A DNA stretch of 64,000 nt, from assembly GCA_964606285.1 (NCBI GenBank), contig CAZSFP010000001.1, positions 5,376 through 69,375 on the forward strand, read 5' to 3'. Shown piece by piece: positions 39,497 through 49,557 of this stretch. This DNA comes from an uncultured Candidatus Saccharibacteria bacterium. Its GTDB lineage: Bacteria; Patescibacteriota; Minisyncoccia; Phycocordibacterales; UBA9973. The notes under the pieces are model-generated. The model had not been told where the DNA came from. It saw only the letters and a program-made list of their open reading frames with translations, and searched no databases. The position numbers and the translations under genes were made by a program. The first letter of the stretch is position 1, and each line of letters starts with the position of its first letter.

Positions 39497-39600
39497 CAAA
39501 AAAATCTCTCCTATCATGTTACATGAAAATGAGAGATTTTTTATTTTTCTTATATTCTAAATATGTGGTTGTATAGATTGAGTATAGAGGAGAAATATAC

Positions 39601-40836
39601 CTACAGCTTCAAATTTCCATCTGCACGAATCGCAACAATTGTTTTGAATGTTTTTTTATATTGTTTTTTATTGTATTTGAATGCACCGACGATGGCGATC
39701 ATGAGTGCGTTGTCGGTCGCTAGTTCTCGTTCGGGAAAATAGATATCTGTCGCAATTTTTTCGTTAATCTCTTTTCGAAGATAGGTATTTGCTGCGACAC
39801 CACCACCGACAATGAGACTTTTTGCTTTTGCTGTTTTGACTGCTCTGTTTGTTTTGCTGACGAGGACTTCTATCGCCGCATCTTCGAATTCTCGTGCAAT
39901 CGCTTGTTTCATTCCGACATTCTCAAGAATGTCGGAATGTTCTTTTGTGAGATCGCGGATGAGGTAGAGTACTGCTGTTTTCAGACCAGAAAATGAGAAA
40001 TCGTAATCCCTACTCGCGATCATGGGACGAGGCAGAGAAAAAACAGATAATAGGTTAGAGGGATTAGGTGTTAGTGAATTTCGATTCAATGCAGCAAGCT
40101 TGGAAATTTCTGGACCACCGGGGTATGGGAGCCCGAGCATACGGGCGACTTTGTCAAAGGCTTCACCGACTGCGTCATCGCGGGTCTGACCGATGATTTT
40201 GTACTTCAAAAAATCTTTGACGTGAACGAGTTCAGTGTGACCGCCGGAAACAAGTAATGCTATAGCCGGAAACTGTATTTTGGGTGTTGTATACTTTTTA
40301 CTTTTTACTTTTAACTTTTTTACTTCTTTCTGTTCCTGTAAGAGAACGGAAAGTATATGTCCTTCCATGTGATTGACGGGAATGAGTGGTAGATCCCAAA
40401 AGATCGCGAGTGCTTTGGCAAATGAAAGTCCTACCCAGAGTGCCGGCTCGAGACCTGGTCCGTAGGTAACGGCGATCGCATCGAGTTTCGGTTTTTTGTA
40501 TTTGGAAAGTTCAGTAAGAAGAAATTCTACAAATTCTGGTTCTCTGATGAGAATTTCTTTGAGTTGTTTTTCTTTCTTTGAATCGATTGTTATCGGTTTT
40601 TTTTCCTGCTGATTCATGCCGGCTTCTTTGAGTGTTGCCAGAAATACAGTCGGCAGATTTTTTGTATGCTCGCGTTTTGCCATAGCGGGGAAGACACCGC
40701 CGTATTGCGCATGGATCGCTATCTGTGATGCGACCGTGTGGGCGAGTGTCGTAAAACGAAGTTTCGTACCGACCGCAGCATCGAGTATCGCTACAGATGT
40801 TTCGTCACAAGATGTTTCTATGGAGAGAATTTTCAT
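39601..40836 (-). CDS. tsaD: tRNA N6-adenosine threonylcarbamoyltransferase TsaD (Kae1/Gcp family) with lineage-specific insertions
   Basis: MKILSIETSCDETSVAILD.., metal-binding His pair, ..GGVAAN..; 411 aa. Confidence 0.9.
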   Translation of the reverse strand: MKILSIETSCDETSVAILDAAVGTKLRFTTLAHTVASQIAIHAQYGGVFPAMAKREHTKNLPTVFLATLKEAGMNQQEKKPITIDSKKEKQLKEILIREPEFVEFLLTELSKYKKPKLDAIAVTYGPGLEPALWVGLSFAKALAIFWDLPLIPVNHMEGHILSVLLQEQKEVKKLKVKSKKYTTPKIQFPAIALLVSGGHTELVHVKDFLKYKIIGQTRDDAVGEAFDKVARMLGLPYPGGPEISKLAALNRNSLTPNPSNLLSVFSLPRPMIASRDYDFSFSGLKTAVLYLIRDLTKEHSDILENVGMKQAIAREFEDAAIEVLVSKTNRAVKTAKAKSLIVGGGVAANTYLRKEINEKIATDIYFPERELATDNALMIAIVGAFKYNKKQYKKTFKTIVAIRADGNLKL

Positions 40837-40953
40837 CCCGTTAGAAGTAGATCACGACCAATGATCGTGTATCCACGTTTTTATTAAAGTTAATAATATT
40901 TTGTAATTTCATATAATTTTTCCCTGATCGTGACTTCTAACGGGATTCATATA
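40837..40953 (-). repeat. inverted-repeat leader element, copy B (~117 bp), abutting the tsaD start codon
   Basis: Reverse complement reads tatatgaatcccgttagaagtcacgatca ... cgtgatctacttctaacggg-ATG(tsaD). The arms match copy A; the ~65-nt centre is unrelated. Confidence 0.7.
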
Positions 40954-40999
40954 CTTATTACATTACGATAGCATATTTCTTTGACTTCTGCCAATTTAT

Positions 41000-42292
41000 A
41001 TGCTTTTATATAAAGAAAAAAAGTTCTCTAACATGGAAGAAAATCTTATAGATAAGTCTGTCATATTTGCAGCGCCCTCCGGTGCGGGTAAATCAACTAT
41101 TGTTAAAAATATAATGAAGTCATTTTATTCATATCTCGATGTCCAATTTGGATTTTCTGTATCACATACTACTCGTCCCAAAGGTGATAGTGAAATAGAT
41201 GGTGTTGATTATCATTTTATTAGCGCAGAAAAGTTTAATGAAATGATAGTTAATGGTGAATTTCTTGAATGGGAAGAAGTATATCCAGGAGGATTTTATG
41301 GAACCAGTAAAGCCGAAGTTGCTCGTATCAAATCATTGGGAAGTATTGCAGTATTTGATATAGATGTGGAAGGTGCACGAAAAATCAAAACAAAACTTGG
41401 CGATGCAGTAAAATACATTTTTGTAGAAGCTCCGTCCTTATTTGAACTCGAAAAACGAATTCGTGAGAGAGGAAGAGATAAAGAAGAAAGAATTATTCAG
41501 CGTATAGCAAAAGCACCCCATGAAATGGAACAGAAAATTTTTGCTGATGTTGTAGTCACAAACGATGATCTTCAAGAAGCACTGTTCGATACGATTCATA
41601 TCATAGCGAAATTTTTGGGTATCGATACGAACTCAGCAGCTTTCGGTCAGATGATATATGACCTCTTCAAAGAAAAACACAACAATACGCTTGTACTCAT
41701 AACAGGTATGACGAATTGCGGGAAAACAACACAAGGAAAACTTTTGAAAGAAAAATTTTTCCCCAATGCCCGTGTTGCCGACAGTGGTGATCTCGTTCGT
41801 GCATATCTCGCGTCTGATACAATTGATCCTGAAGACAAAGCGAAACATGATTCCGGTCAGGTTATCAATCCCGAAAAAGTTGCAGCTCTGTGGATGATGC
41901 ATTTGAAAAAAGCATTTCGTGCAGGAAGAATGATTATTCTTTCTGGTTCACCGCGTACAATGGCCGAAGCAGAAATAATTCTTGCTGAATGCAAAAAATA
42001 TGGATATACCATCATTTGTCTCACCGTTGATATATCAGAGGATGAAGCAATTCGAAGACTTACTGAAAGAAATAAAGTATCAGGGAGAATTGATACTCTT
42101 GATGAGATCTCTATCAGGAAGAAATTGGATCAAAATAGTGATATGAAAAGAGCGGAGGATCATCTGAAACAAAGTGAAATTGCCATTCTACGAACTGTTA
42201 CGGGTATGCAGCCGATAGAGTATGTGACAGTAGGTATGGATTATGCAATACAATCCACAGTAAATCAGGAAAAAATAGAGCAAGTAGGATAG
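41000..42292 (+). CDS. fused nucleoside-monophosphate kinase: N-terminal guanylate kinase domain + C-terminal adenylate-kinase-like domain
   Basis: N-terminal VIFAAPSGAGKSTIV..SVSHTTRPKGDSEIDGVDYHF..EWEEVY..GTSK (Gmk). C-terminal ITGMTNCGKTTQGKLL..LVRAY.. and short LID-like RLTERNKVSGRIDTLDE (Adk/NMP kinase). An alternative start at 41033 (MEENLI) is possible. Confidence 0.7.
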   Translation: MLLYKEKKFSNMEENLIDKSVIFAAPSGAGKSTIVKNIMKSFYSYLDVQFGFSVSHTTRPKGDSEIDGVDYHFISAEKFNEMIVNGEFLEWEEVYPGGFYGTSKAEVARIKSLGSIAVFDIDVEGARKIKTKLGDAVKYIFVEAPSLFELEKRIRERGRDKEERIIQRIAKAPHEMEQKIFADVVVTNDDLQEALFDTIHIIAKFLGIDTNSAAFGQMIYDLFKEKHNNTLVLITGMTNCGKTTQGKLLKEKFFPNARVADSGDLVRAYLASDTIDPEDKAKHDSGQVINPEKVAALWMMHLKKAFRAGRMIILSGSPRTMAEAEIILAECKKYGYTIICLTVDISEDEAIRRLTERNKVSGRIDTLDEISIRKKLDQNSDMKRAEDHLKQSEIAILRTVTGMQPIEYVTVGMDYAIQSTVNQEKIEQVG

Positions 42293-42310
42293 ATTTTCAT
42301 GAGAAAACAA

Positions 42311-42342
42311 AAAATCCGCACATAGATGCGGATTTTTTTTAT
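42311..42342 (+). terminator. rho-independent terminator
   Basis: aaaaatccgcacatagatgcggattttttt. Confidence 0.65.
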
Positions 42343-42377
42343 TGGGAAAATAGATAGAGAATGATAAAATTGTTTGT

Positions 42378-42965
42378 ATGAATGCACACAAAGGAAAAAG
42401 ACTCTTTATTACAGGTATTCCAACGTCAGGGAAATCATATCTCGCACGGCAGCTTGCTGAGAAGGTTGGCGGTATCGCGGTATTACTCGATGATTTTCGA
42501 GAAAGTCTTGCAGAAAATGATCAGTATAAAAAATGGACAAATTTTTATCTTGATATGGATGAAAAAGAATATCTAACCACCACAAATCCTCTAAAACAAT
42601 GGGAAAATCTCGTAGTGCAATCTGAGGGGTTGTGGCCCGCTTTTTTAGAAAAGATAAATGAATATAAAGATGAAGAAAAACCAGTCATTTTTGAATGTGT
42701 GAATATACTTCCACATATCGCAAAGAAAGATTTAGATTTTCCCGGCATTGTGTTGATCGGAAAATCATATGAAGAAATACTTCAAAGAAACATACAAGAT
42801 CCTCGATGGGGTGAGACACTTGAGTTGCAAGAACTGGAATCAAAAACATTTTTTGAAATTGAAAGACCGCAGTATAAAGCAGAGGCAGAAAAATATGGAT
42901 ATCCAGTCTTTGAGGACTATGATCTGGCTTTTCAAAAAGCAGAGGATTTGATTTTAGGAAAATAA
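42378..42965 (+). CDS. P-loop NTPase, putative small-molecule/nucleotide kinase (AAA_33-like)
   Basis: Walker A GIPTSGKSYLARQ; ~195 aa single domain. Confidence 0.55.
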   Translation: MNAHKGKRLFITGIPTSGKSYLARQLAEKVGGIAVLLDDFRESLAENDQYKKWTNFYLDMDEKEYLTTTNPLKQWENLVVQSEGLWPAFLEKINEYKDEEKPVIFECVNILPHIAKKDLDFPGIVLIGKSYEEILQRNIQDPRWGETLELQELESKTFFEIERPQYKAEAEKYGYPVFEDYDLAFQKAEDLILGK

Positions 42966-43031
42966 ATACTATAAAGAAGCATATTGAAAAAATATGGATT
43001 TTGTAGTAATCTTAAAAAGTTATACAAAAAC

Positions 43032-43104
43032 GCGCGGTTAGCTCAGTTGGTAGAGCGTCCCCTTGACGTGGGGAAGGTCACAGGTTCGATTCCTGTATCG
43101 CGCA
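43032..43104 (+). tRNA. tRNA-Val (anticodon GAC)
   Basis: GCGCGGTTAGCTCAGTTGGTAGAGC..TCCCC-TTGACGT-GGGGA..ACAGGTTCGATTCCTGT-ATCGCGC-A. Confidence 0.88.
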
Positions 43105-43240
43105 CATGATATAAAAAATCTAAGCAATTACGCTTAGGTTTTTTATATTACTCTGTCGGCAGGAATCTAACCGAAGGCGCCCATTTTTAATGAGTAAATT
43201 ACGAATATAAAAATGGAGCGTCTCGACCGGAGGAAGAGGT

Positions 43241-43259
43241 GATTCCTGTATCGCGCACA
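43241..43259 (+). repeat. perfect 19-nt direct repeat of the tRNA-Val 3' end (gattcctgtatcgcgcaca)
   Basis: Identical to 43088-43106; 134 bp separates the two copies. Confidence 0.8.
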
Positions 43260-43296
43260 ATAAAAAATCCCTCCAATGGGGGGGATTTTTATTTTT

Positions 43297-43644
43297 CTAT
43301 TTTCTGAGTTCACAGGAAAAATAGTATTCTTGTTCTTTTTTCTTTTTAGAATTATTTTTACTGTAAACAAAACCATAACTTTTAAGATTATTGAGAACAG
43401 TTCTTGTCGGTCTTTTGCTTGTTTTAAAACAAAGGGAAGTAATTGCGATATTTTTTTGTTTCTTTAAAAGATTCACAATATCATAGATACCTGCAAGTAA
43501 ATCCGTTTTGTATTCCAAATCTTTCCAATAATTTTTCTCATTTTTTCTGATGATCATATTGTCAGGACTATCGTCTGCTCGTTTCAAGACGGCATCACTC
43601 AATATTCCTGATAACATTTCGAGGGTAAGTTTGTTCTTTTTCAT
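43297..43644 (-). CDS. hypothetical protein
   Basis: ORF only. Confidence 0.45.
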   Translation of the reverse strand: MKKNKLTLEMLSGILSDAVLKRADDSPDNMIIRKNEKNYWKDLEYKTDLLAGIYDIVNLLKKQKNIAITSLCFKTSKRPTRTVLNNLKSYGFVYSKNNSKKKKEQEYYFSCELRK

Positions 43645-43720
43645 TTTTTTGTTTTAAACGATTTTCATCAGTGTATCACTGAATAATTGACTCGTCAAAT
43701 TTTATCTGGTATAGTCCACG

Positions 43721-44770
43721 ATGAAATTGTTCACTAAAAAATACCTCATGAAAAAGATTATTATAGCTGCGGTAACTACGTATAATCCATCTTTGGGTGG
43801 AACGCTCGGCAAACCTGTTGAGTGGGAAATAAATATAAAAAAATTTACTAAAGAATGGAAAGATAAAAGTGCTGCTGTAGCATTTTCTCTATTATCCGCT
43901 GCAGGTCATTTTATGAAAGAAATGAAGCTGGAAGACCGTTTGTCGCAAGGTGGAGATTTGTATGGTTATGAAATGAAAGTATTTTCAATGATAGATGATA
44001 TTGAAACAGCAGACATCAGGCAGATGCAGTCATATACTCAGATGATGTATGACACAACAGGGTCTTGGAAAGTGATTGATTTAACTGAAAACAGTGTGAA
44101 TGCTTTCAAGTTTACACTTGAATCGATCAAAGAACAGTCGCATCTATCTCAAAGTTTCTATCGTGAGGCATCACAGTACGTTCAGTTGTTTGAGCGTGCG
44201 AGATATATCTATGATGAGATGCAAAAGGGTGGCATAGAAGTGGTGATTACGGATTTTGTCACTGCACACTGTCTTCATATATTGCGGCCAGATGAATTTG
44301 ATATCTTCAATGATGTTCCATCTGGATATCCTGTTGAATCAGGAATTGTATATGTTCGCAGGCAATTTGAAAATTATCAGATATTCAATGCTTGGAAACT
44401 TGAAAATGCCATACCATTTCTTACAGGAACATGGGATGTTCAAAATCCCCAAAATGGCAGGTTTCAAATGTACGCTGTCGGATCGTTGGGACGAGGAAGA
44501 ATAAAAGGCATTGTTCATGATAAACATGGACTCGCGGTTTTTGCCGGAAGATTGGGAAAAACACAGATACATTTTGTAACACGGTATCTTGCAGGTGCTA
44601 TAAAAGCCGCAACGGGACCATTTGCCATCAATGACAGTCCTACATGGTACGGCTTTGATTTTGATACCAAAGACGGATATTATTCTCCGAAAACCAAAAA
44701 GGGGAGCAAAAAAGAGTATTTCAAAGCAAAGCTTTTAGGTAAAATAAATTCAGTGTTATTAGAAAAATAG
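43721..44770 (+). CDS. hypothetical protein
   Basis: ORF only. Confidence 0.5.
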   Translation: MKLFTKKYLMKKIIIAAVTTYNPSLGGTLGKPVEWEINIKKFTKEWKDKSAAVAFSLLSAAGHFMKEMKLEDRLSQGGDLYGYEMKVFSMIDDIETADIRQMQSYTQMMYDTTGSWKVIDLTENSVNAFKFTLESIKEQSHLSQSFYREASQYVQLFERARYIYDEMQKGGIEVVITDFVTAHCLHILRPDEFDIFNDVPSGYPVESGIVYVRRQFENYQIFNAWKLENAIPFLTGTWDVQNPQNGRFQMYAVGSLGRGRIKGIVHDKHGLAVFAGRLGKTQIHFVTRYLAGAIKAATGPFAINDSPTWYGFDFDTKDGYYSPKTKKGSKKEYFKAKLLGKINSVLLEK

Positions 44771-44864
44771 AACATTAAAATAATCTTAAGGGATCTGTAA
44801 TTACAGATCCCTTAATTTTTGCATTTTTTTTAAAAAATGTTATATTGGTTTCTAGTTTCCACAT

Positions 44865-44936
44865 GGCCCCATCGTCTATCGGTTAGGACAACGGGTTTTC
44901 AATCCGTTAAGGCGAGTTCGACTCTCGCTGGGGTCA
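44865..44936 (+). tRNA. tRNA-Glu (anticodon TTC)
   Basis: GGCCCCATCGTCTATCGGTTAGGAC..ACGGG-TTTTCAA-TCCGT..GCGAGTTCGACTCTCGC-TGGGGTC-A. Confidence 0.88.
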
Positions 44937-44938
44937 CA

Positions 44939-44978
44939 GCACTAAAAAGAACGCTTTGAATAGCGTTCTTTTTAGTGC
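44939..44978 (+). terminator. long hairpin after tRNA-Glu
   Basis: cactaaaaagaacgct-ttgaat-agcgttctttttagtg: a 16-bp perfect stem. Confidence 0.6.
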
Positions 44979-45152
44979 TGTGAAGCCGCAAGTGCGACGG
45001 CACGAGGCGGGGTCGCGAAATTTTTCAGCAGAAAAATATTTGTGACCACACTATATTGATGTGCGGTAGCACACGATTTATTTATTGTATTTTATTTCTG
45101 TATTCTTGCATTTCCTAAAATCTATGGTATAGTCTGGAAAAATCTTTTTATC

Positions 45153-45629
45153 ATGATAAAAGCAAGAGGAGGAAAACGCGCAAAACGATATATTACAAGT
45201 TTTTATATAAAACAAATTGTTACTGTAGGAAAAATCACAGAAGAAGTAAAAGTTCGTGTATTGATTGATGATATGCGAAAAATACTGAAACAGTTTATTT
45301 CTGATATGCATTTTTCTATCATATATATTCATAAGGATGAATCATACGGATTCTCTGCGTTCTCTGCGAACAGAGAAAGGGAAATACGATTTTTTGTATA
45401 CAAAGAAATGCCGCTCATATTCTGTGATCTTCAAATGAAGATGTCGAGCAATGATACTGTTGCGGATTATATTGGAAACACAGCTCTCATTGATACACAA
45501 AAAAGAGATGTATATGAAGTACTGAGTTTGTCTCTTCGAAAAGAAGGAATCAAGATAGAAGATTTTTTCAACAAGAGAAAATTTGTTCTTATCCGGTTCT
45601 TGCAAGGTGATGACAGTCAAATAGAATAA
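45153..45629 (+). CDS. hypothetical protein
   Basis: ORF only. Confidence 0.45.
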   Translation: MIKARGGKRAKRYITSFYIKQIVTVGKITEEVKVRVLIDDMRKILKQFISDMHFSIIYIHKDESYGFSAFSANREREIRFFVYKEMPLIFCDLQMKMSSNDTVADYIGNTALIDTQKRDVYEVLSLSLRKEGIKIEDFFNKRKFVLIRFLQGDDSQIE

Positions 45630-45655
45630 GAGTAAAATAACCACGCTAGGCGTGG

Positions 45656-47080
45656 TTATTTTTTCTTTACCTCTGTTCCGTTGTCAGTATCTTTGATCAT
45701 ATACCCCTTCGCTTCTATTTCATCGCGGAGACGATCCGATTCGGACCAGTTCTTTTCCATTCGAGCAGTTGTACGTGCTGCAACGAGTTGTTTTATTTCT
45801 TCTGGAATTATGTCTTCAATCTGTGATTGACGAGCAAGATCAAAACCGAGAACTTTGTCGAAATCATCCAGTGTTGCTTTTTTGTCAGCTAGTGAAATGT
45901 TTGCATCTTTGATGAGGTCCCACATGACGGCAATCGCCTGGGGAATATTGAGATCGTCATTGATCGCACTGTTGAATTTTTCTTTGTATGAGAGATCGAT
46001 GGAGCCAGTAGTATCACCGAGATTTTTATATTGTTCAACGAGGCGGTTGAAAGCAGTCTGGCTCGCTGCGAGACCATCCCAGGTAAAGTTTTGTTTTGAC
46101 CGGTAGTGTGACTGACTAAAGAAATAACGGAGCGCCATCGGATTGAATCCTTTCGCCGTGATGTCGGCGATCGTATACGATGTGCCTTCAGATTTAGCCA
46201 TCTTTTTATTGTCGACAAGAAGGTGTTCATTGTGCAACCAGTAATGAACAAAATCAGTGTGATTAGCACAGACGGATTGAGCGATCTCGTTCGTATGATG
46301 AATCGGAATATGTTCAATACCTCCCATGTGAATATCAAAAGTATTTCCGAGGAAGTGTTTGCTCATCGCAGAGCATTCGATGTGCCAGCCGGGAAAGCCG
46401 CGACCGTTTTCAATGAGCGGGGAAGTGAATGGTGATTCCCATGTTTGGAGCGCATTGGCATGTGAGCCAGTCTTGAAAAACCAGAGGGCAAAATCGTGCG
46501 GGTTTTTTTTGGTTGTATCTGATATATCCCCATGACCAGTACCAGTTTCTTGGAATTCCAGTTTCTGACCGGAGAGTTTCGTATAGTCGTCATATTTTGA
46601 AACATCAAACCAGATTGCTGTGTCGGTCGCGTATGCAAATCCATCATCAAGGAGTTTTTTTACCATGTCGATCATGTCGGCGATGTGTTCTGTTGCGCGA
46701 GGTGTGTTCGTTGGTGGGAGGGTGTTCAAAAGGGTGATATCACGATTGTAGATATCGATGTATTTCTGGGCGATTGCATCAGGGCTGAGATTTTCTCGTT
46801 TTGCTGCTTTTTCCATGCGATCCTCACCGAGGTCAGCATCGCCAATGTTGTCGCCAGTAAGATGTCCAACATCGGTATAGTTGCGAACAAGGGTTACTGC
46901 ATAGTTGTTGTAGGAAAAAATACGTCGCGCGAAATCAACGATGACGACTGCACGCATGTTGCCGATATGTTGGGTCCAGTAGACGGTCGGACCGCAATGA
47001 TACATACCGATCTTGCCTGGTGTGATCGGGGTAAATAATTCTTTATTGCGGGTGAGTGTGTTGTAGAGATGGAGATCCAT
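45656..47080 (-). CDS. cysS: cysteine--tRNA ligase
   Basis: MYHCGPTVYWTQHIGN (HIGH-type) and KMAKSEGT (KMSKS); 474 aa. Confidence 0.93.
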   Translation of the reverse strand: MDLHLYNTLTRNKELFTPITPGKIGMYHCGPTVYWTQHIGNMRAVVIVDFARRIFSYNNYAVTLVRNYTDVGHLTGDNIGDADLGEDRMEKAAKRENLSPDAIAQKYIDIYNRDITLLNTLPPTNTPRATEHIADMIDMVKKLLDDGFAYATDTAIWFDVSKYDDYTKLSGQKLEFQETGTGHGDISDTTKKNPHDFALWFFKTGSHANALQTWESPFTSPLIENGRGFPGWHIECSAMSKHFLGNTFDIHMGGIEHIPIHHTNEIAQSVCANHTDFVHYWLHNEHLLVDNKKMAKSEGTSYTIADITAKGFNPMALRYFFSQSHYRSKQNFTWDGLAASQTAFNRLVEQYKNLGDTTGSIDLSYKEKFNSAINDDLNIPQAIAVMWDLIKDANISLADKKATLDDFDKVLGFDLARQSQIEDIIPEEIKQLVAARTTARMEKNWSESDRLRDEIEAKGYMIKDTDNGTEVKKK

Positions 47081-47083
47081 ATA

Positions 47084-47833
47084 TTAATAGAAGAATACGA
47101 GCAGTCCGGTCAGGGAAAGCAGTACTAGTATACTACAAATTTCGAGGAGGTAATACCGTTCTTTTTTCTTTCTGATCTGCCATTCTTTTTCGCGATCTGT
47201 AAAGTGTTTTTCATACTCTTTAATGAGTTCGGATGAGGTGATTTGTATTTGTTTTTTGTTTTCAAAATAAGGAATAACAGTTTCGCTATACAATCGAACC
47301 AAAGATTTTTCTGCGGATAACAGTGCCGCGAGATATTTCATCATACCGGTTTCTAGTTGGAGAAACATATTTTTCATGTCGGACAATGTCTTTTTGCCGA
47401 GCGGCAGCGTCGCTATTTCCTGTACGTCTTTTTTTAATGATTCATATCCTCGATCAAAGAGTTCAAATGCGAGATGTCCCGCGTGTGTCGTCTCTATTTT
47501 CGGATGATCGCGGTGCATGGATTCGAGTTCTGCACGCAATGTTTGATACGATTCGCGTGCATCACTGTGAATCGTGATGATAGACCTCTCGCTGAGAAGG
47601 TATGTTGTCGGTTGGATATGTATGACACCGTTTTTTTCTACAGGCAGAGATATAATGACGAGAACACTCGCTGGATAGTCCTTGATCATGAATGTCGCTG
47701 GGGTTTTTACTGTTGCGATGTCTACTCGATCGATCCATTGTTCGAGAGCGAGTGTGAGCTCATCATCAGACGGCGATTCGAGATCGGTCCATAGTACTGA
47801 TTTGTAATGGCACGTGGTCATCATATAGGGCAA
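47084..47833 (-). CDS. hypothetical protein with a single C-terminal TM helix
   Basis: ORF only; C-terminal LLEICSILVLLSLTGLLVFFY. Probably co-transcribed with cysS. Confidence 0.5.
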   Translation of the reverse strand: MPYMMTTCHYKSVLWTDLESPSDDELTLALEQWIDRVDIATVKTPATFMIKDYPASVLVIISLPVEKNGVIHIQPTTYLLSERSIITIHSDARESYQTLRAELESMHRDHPKIETTHAGHLAFELFDRGYESLKKDVQEIATLPLGKKTLSDMKNMFLQLETGMMKYLAALLSAEKSLVRLYSETVIPYFENKKQIQITSSELIKEYEKHFTDREKEWQIRKKKERYYLLEICSILVLLSLTGLLVFFY

Positions 47834-47957
47834 GTATATCGTAATTGGGTAAATAAAAACACTGCATGACGTATTGTATGCAGCGCTCGGTTCCAGAGAA
47901 CCTATTCTTTTTTAATTATATCGATAAAAATGAGACAAATATCAACCGAAGAAAAAT

Positions 47958-49388
47958 TTACCTGTAATCGTACAGCACTACCGATCCATCAGTAAAGATT
48001 TGATATATCGGATCCGTAACTGTTATAACAGTTTTCTTCTTTTTCTTTTCAAATGGATATTTCATGTCCGGTATTTTTTGAGTATCCACCGTAACAATGC
48101 CAGTTATCTGTCCAAATGCACATACTGTATCAGAAAACACATGAAAGGGAGTTATTCCATCAAATTGCATAGAATACATCTGTTTTCCAAGCTGATTTGC
48201 ATGAGCGTGTTTCCCATTCTGAAATGTCACAATAGATAATCCGTAGTGCGGACCTTCAACTCTTTTAAACTCTGTTTTACGAATAGTATCAGACATCATA
48301 TCTATTACATTCCAGAGAGTATCTGTTCCGGTTACTTTGCAAACAAAGGCGGTGCCCATGTCCGTCACTGGTAATACAGTATCGTACGCGGCAGTATACA
48401 TCGGTTTGTTGTTTTCTTTCATGATGTGATACATACCAGTTTTGCTATTTCCTACCGGGATAATTTCTGATGCAATGAGTGCTGTATCAGTGTATTGTAT
48501 TTCAATTTTTGTTGAAATTGGAATTTTTTCAGTTGCAACTGATTTTTCTTCAACCGCAATTTTTGTTTCTGTTGGTTGAATTTCAGTATTTTCTACCACT
48601 TCACGCATGCGTTCTTCTTCATCAAAGACAGGGTGTAATACCGGTGCAATGATGGGAACAACAGTGTCTGCTTGTGCAGTTGCTGTTGTATCGCTGATAG
48701 GAATTTCTGCTTCAGTCTTTTCATTATCTTTCTGCAACTTTCTCCATTTTTTTACTTCTCTCACGTCAGTGACCAGTGATGCGGTCATCGAATGTATTTC
48801 CTGTTGTGAAAAGATTCTTTCCATCTCTTTCACTTCTATATTTTGGATTTCAATCACCGGCAACTTTGTGAACTCAACGGAAACGAGTGTTTCAGTTTGA
48901 TTCATTGTTGCAGTATTTGAAGAAATTGGAATTTCTTTTTTAATGGTAACAAATGAAGATTCATCTGTTTTTGTTTCCTGTACTTTTTTTGCAGGTACCA
49001 CTACGGCAGGTTGTTTTTCTTTTACTGCTGTTTTTTTCTGTTCAATTTTTTTTGATTGTTCCTGTTTTTTGACAGGCACAGAAACTTTTGCAGGTTGTGG
49101 AACAGAAACTTCTACAGCTTTTTCTTTCGCTGTTATCTTGTCAGTTTCTTTCTTCAATACTTCTGCTTGTTTCAAATGAAAATCAATAGAGTCCATTTTT
49201 TTCTGGGTTAAACCAGATACAGTAGAATTTTCTTCTTTAGTAATTCCATTTGTTTGTTCAACAGTAGGGGAAGTAGCTTTCACTTTTTCTGCTGTTTGAA
49301 AGTAGGACATTGCGAACAATGCTGATACTACCAATCCAACAATTAATACGATAGATGTTTTCCACCATGATTTTTTTGATTTTGCCAT
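47958..49388 (-). CDS. hypothetical membrane-anchored / secreted K,E,T,V-rich repeat protein
   Basis: N-terminal TM/signal segment SIVLIVGLVVSALFAM; low-complexity repeats. Confidence 0.5.
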   Translation of the reverse strand: MAKSKKSWWKTSIVLIVGLVVSALFAMSYFQTAEKVKATSPTVEQTNGITKEENSTVSGLTQKKMDSIDFHLKQAEVLKKETDKITAKEKAVEVSVPQPAKVSVPVKKQEQSKKIEQKKTAVKEKQPAVVVPAKKVQETKTDESSFVTIKKEIPISSNTATMNQTETLVSVEFTKLPVIEIQNIEVKEMERIFSQQEIHSMTASLVTDVREVKKWRKLQKDNEKTEAEIPISDTTATAQADTVVPIIAPVLHPVFDEEERMREVVENTEIQPTETKIAVEEKSVATEKIPISTKIEIQYTDTALIASEIIPVGNSKTGMYHIMKENNKPMYTAAYDTVLPVTDMGTAFVCKVTGTDTLWNVIDMMSDTIRKTEFKRVEGPHYGLSIVTFQNGKHAHANQLGKQMYSMQFDGITPFHVFSDTVCAFGQITGIVTVDTQKIPDMKYPFEKKKKKTVITVTDPIYQIFTDGSVVLYDYR

Positions 49389-49557
49389 TTTTCTCGATTT
49401 TTAAGGTTCAACAGTATAGGTCGGTAAGGACCCGTTTATTTCAAAGGTATACTATCACACTTTGTTCAAAAGTCAAGGATTCTCAATAGGGAAATAATGC
49501 TTATTTCATAAGGCTGGTTTATACCCTTGCTTTTTTCTGATAAATGTATAGAATACG

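Noticed and set aside
47084-47833. CorA-like Mg transporter call for the 249-aa protein downstream of cysS
   Set aside because: Only one C-terminal TM helix and no GMN motif; kept as hypothetical.
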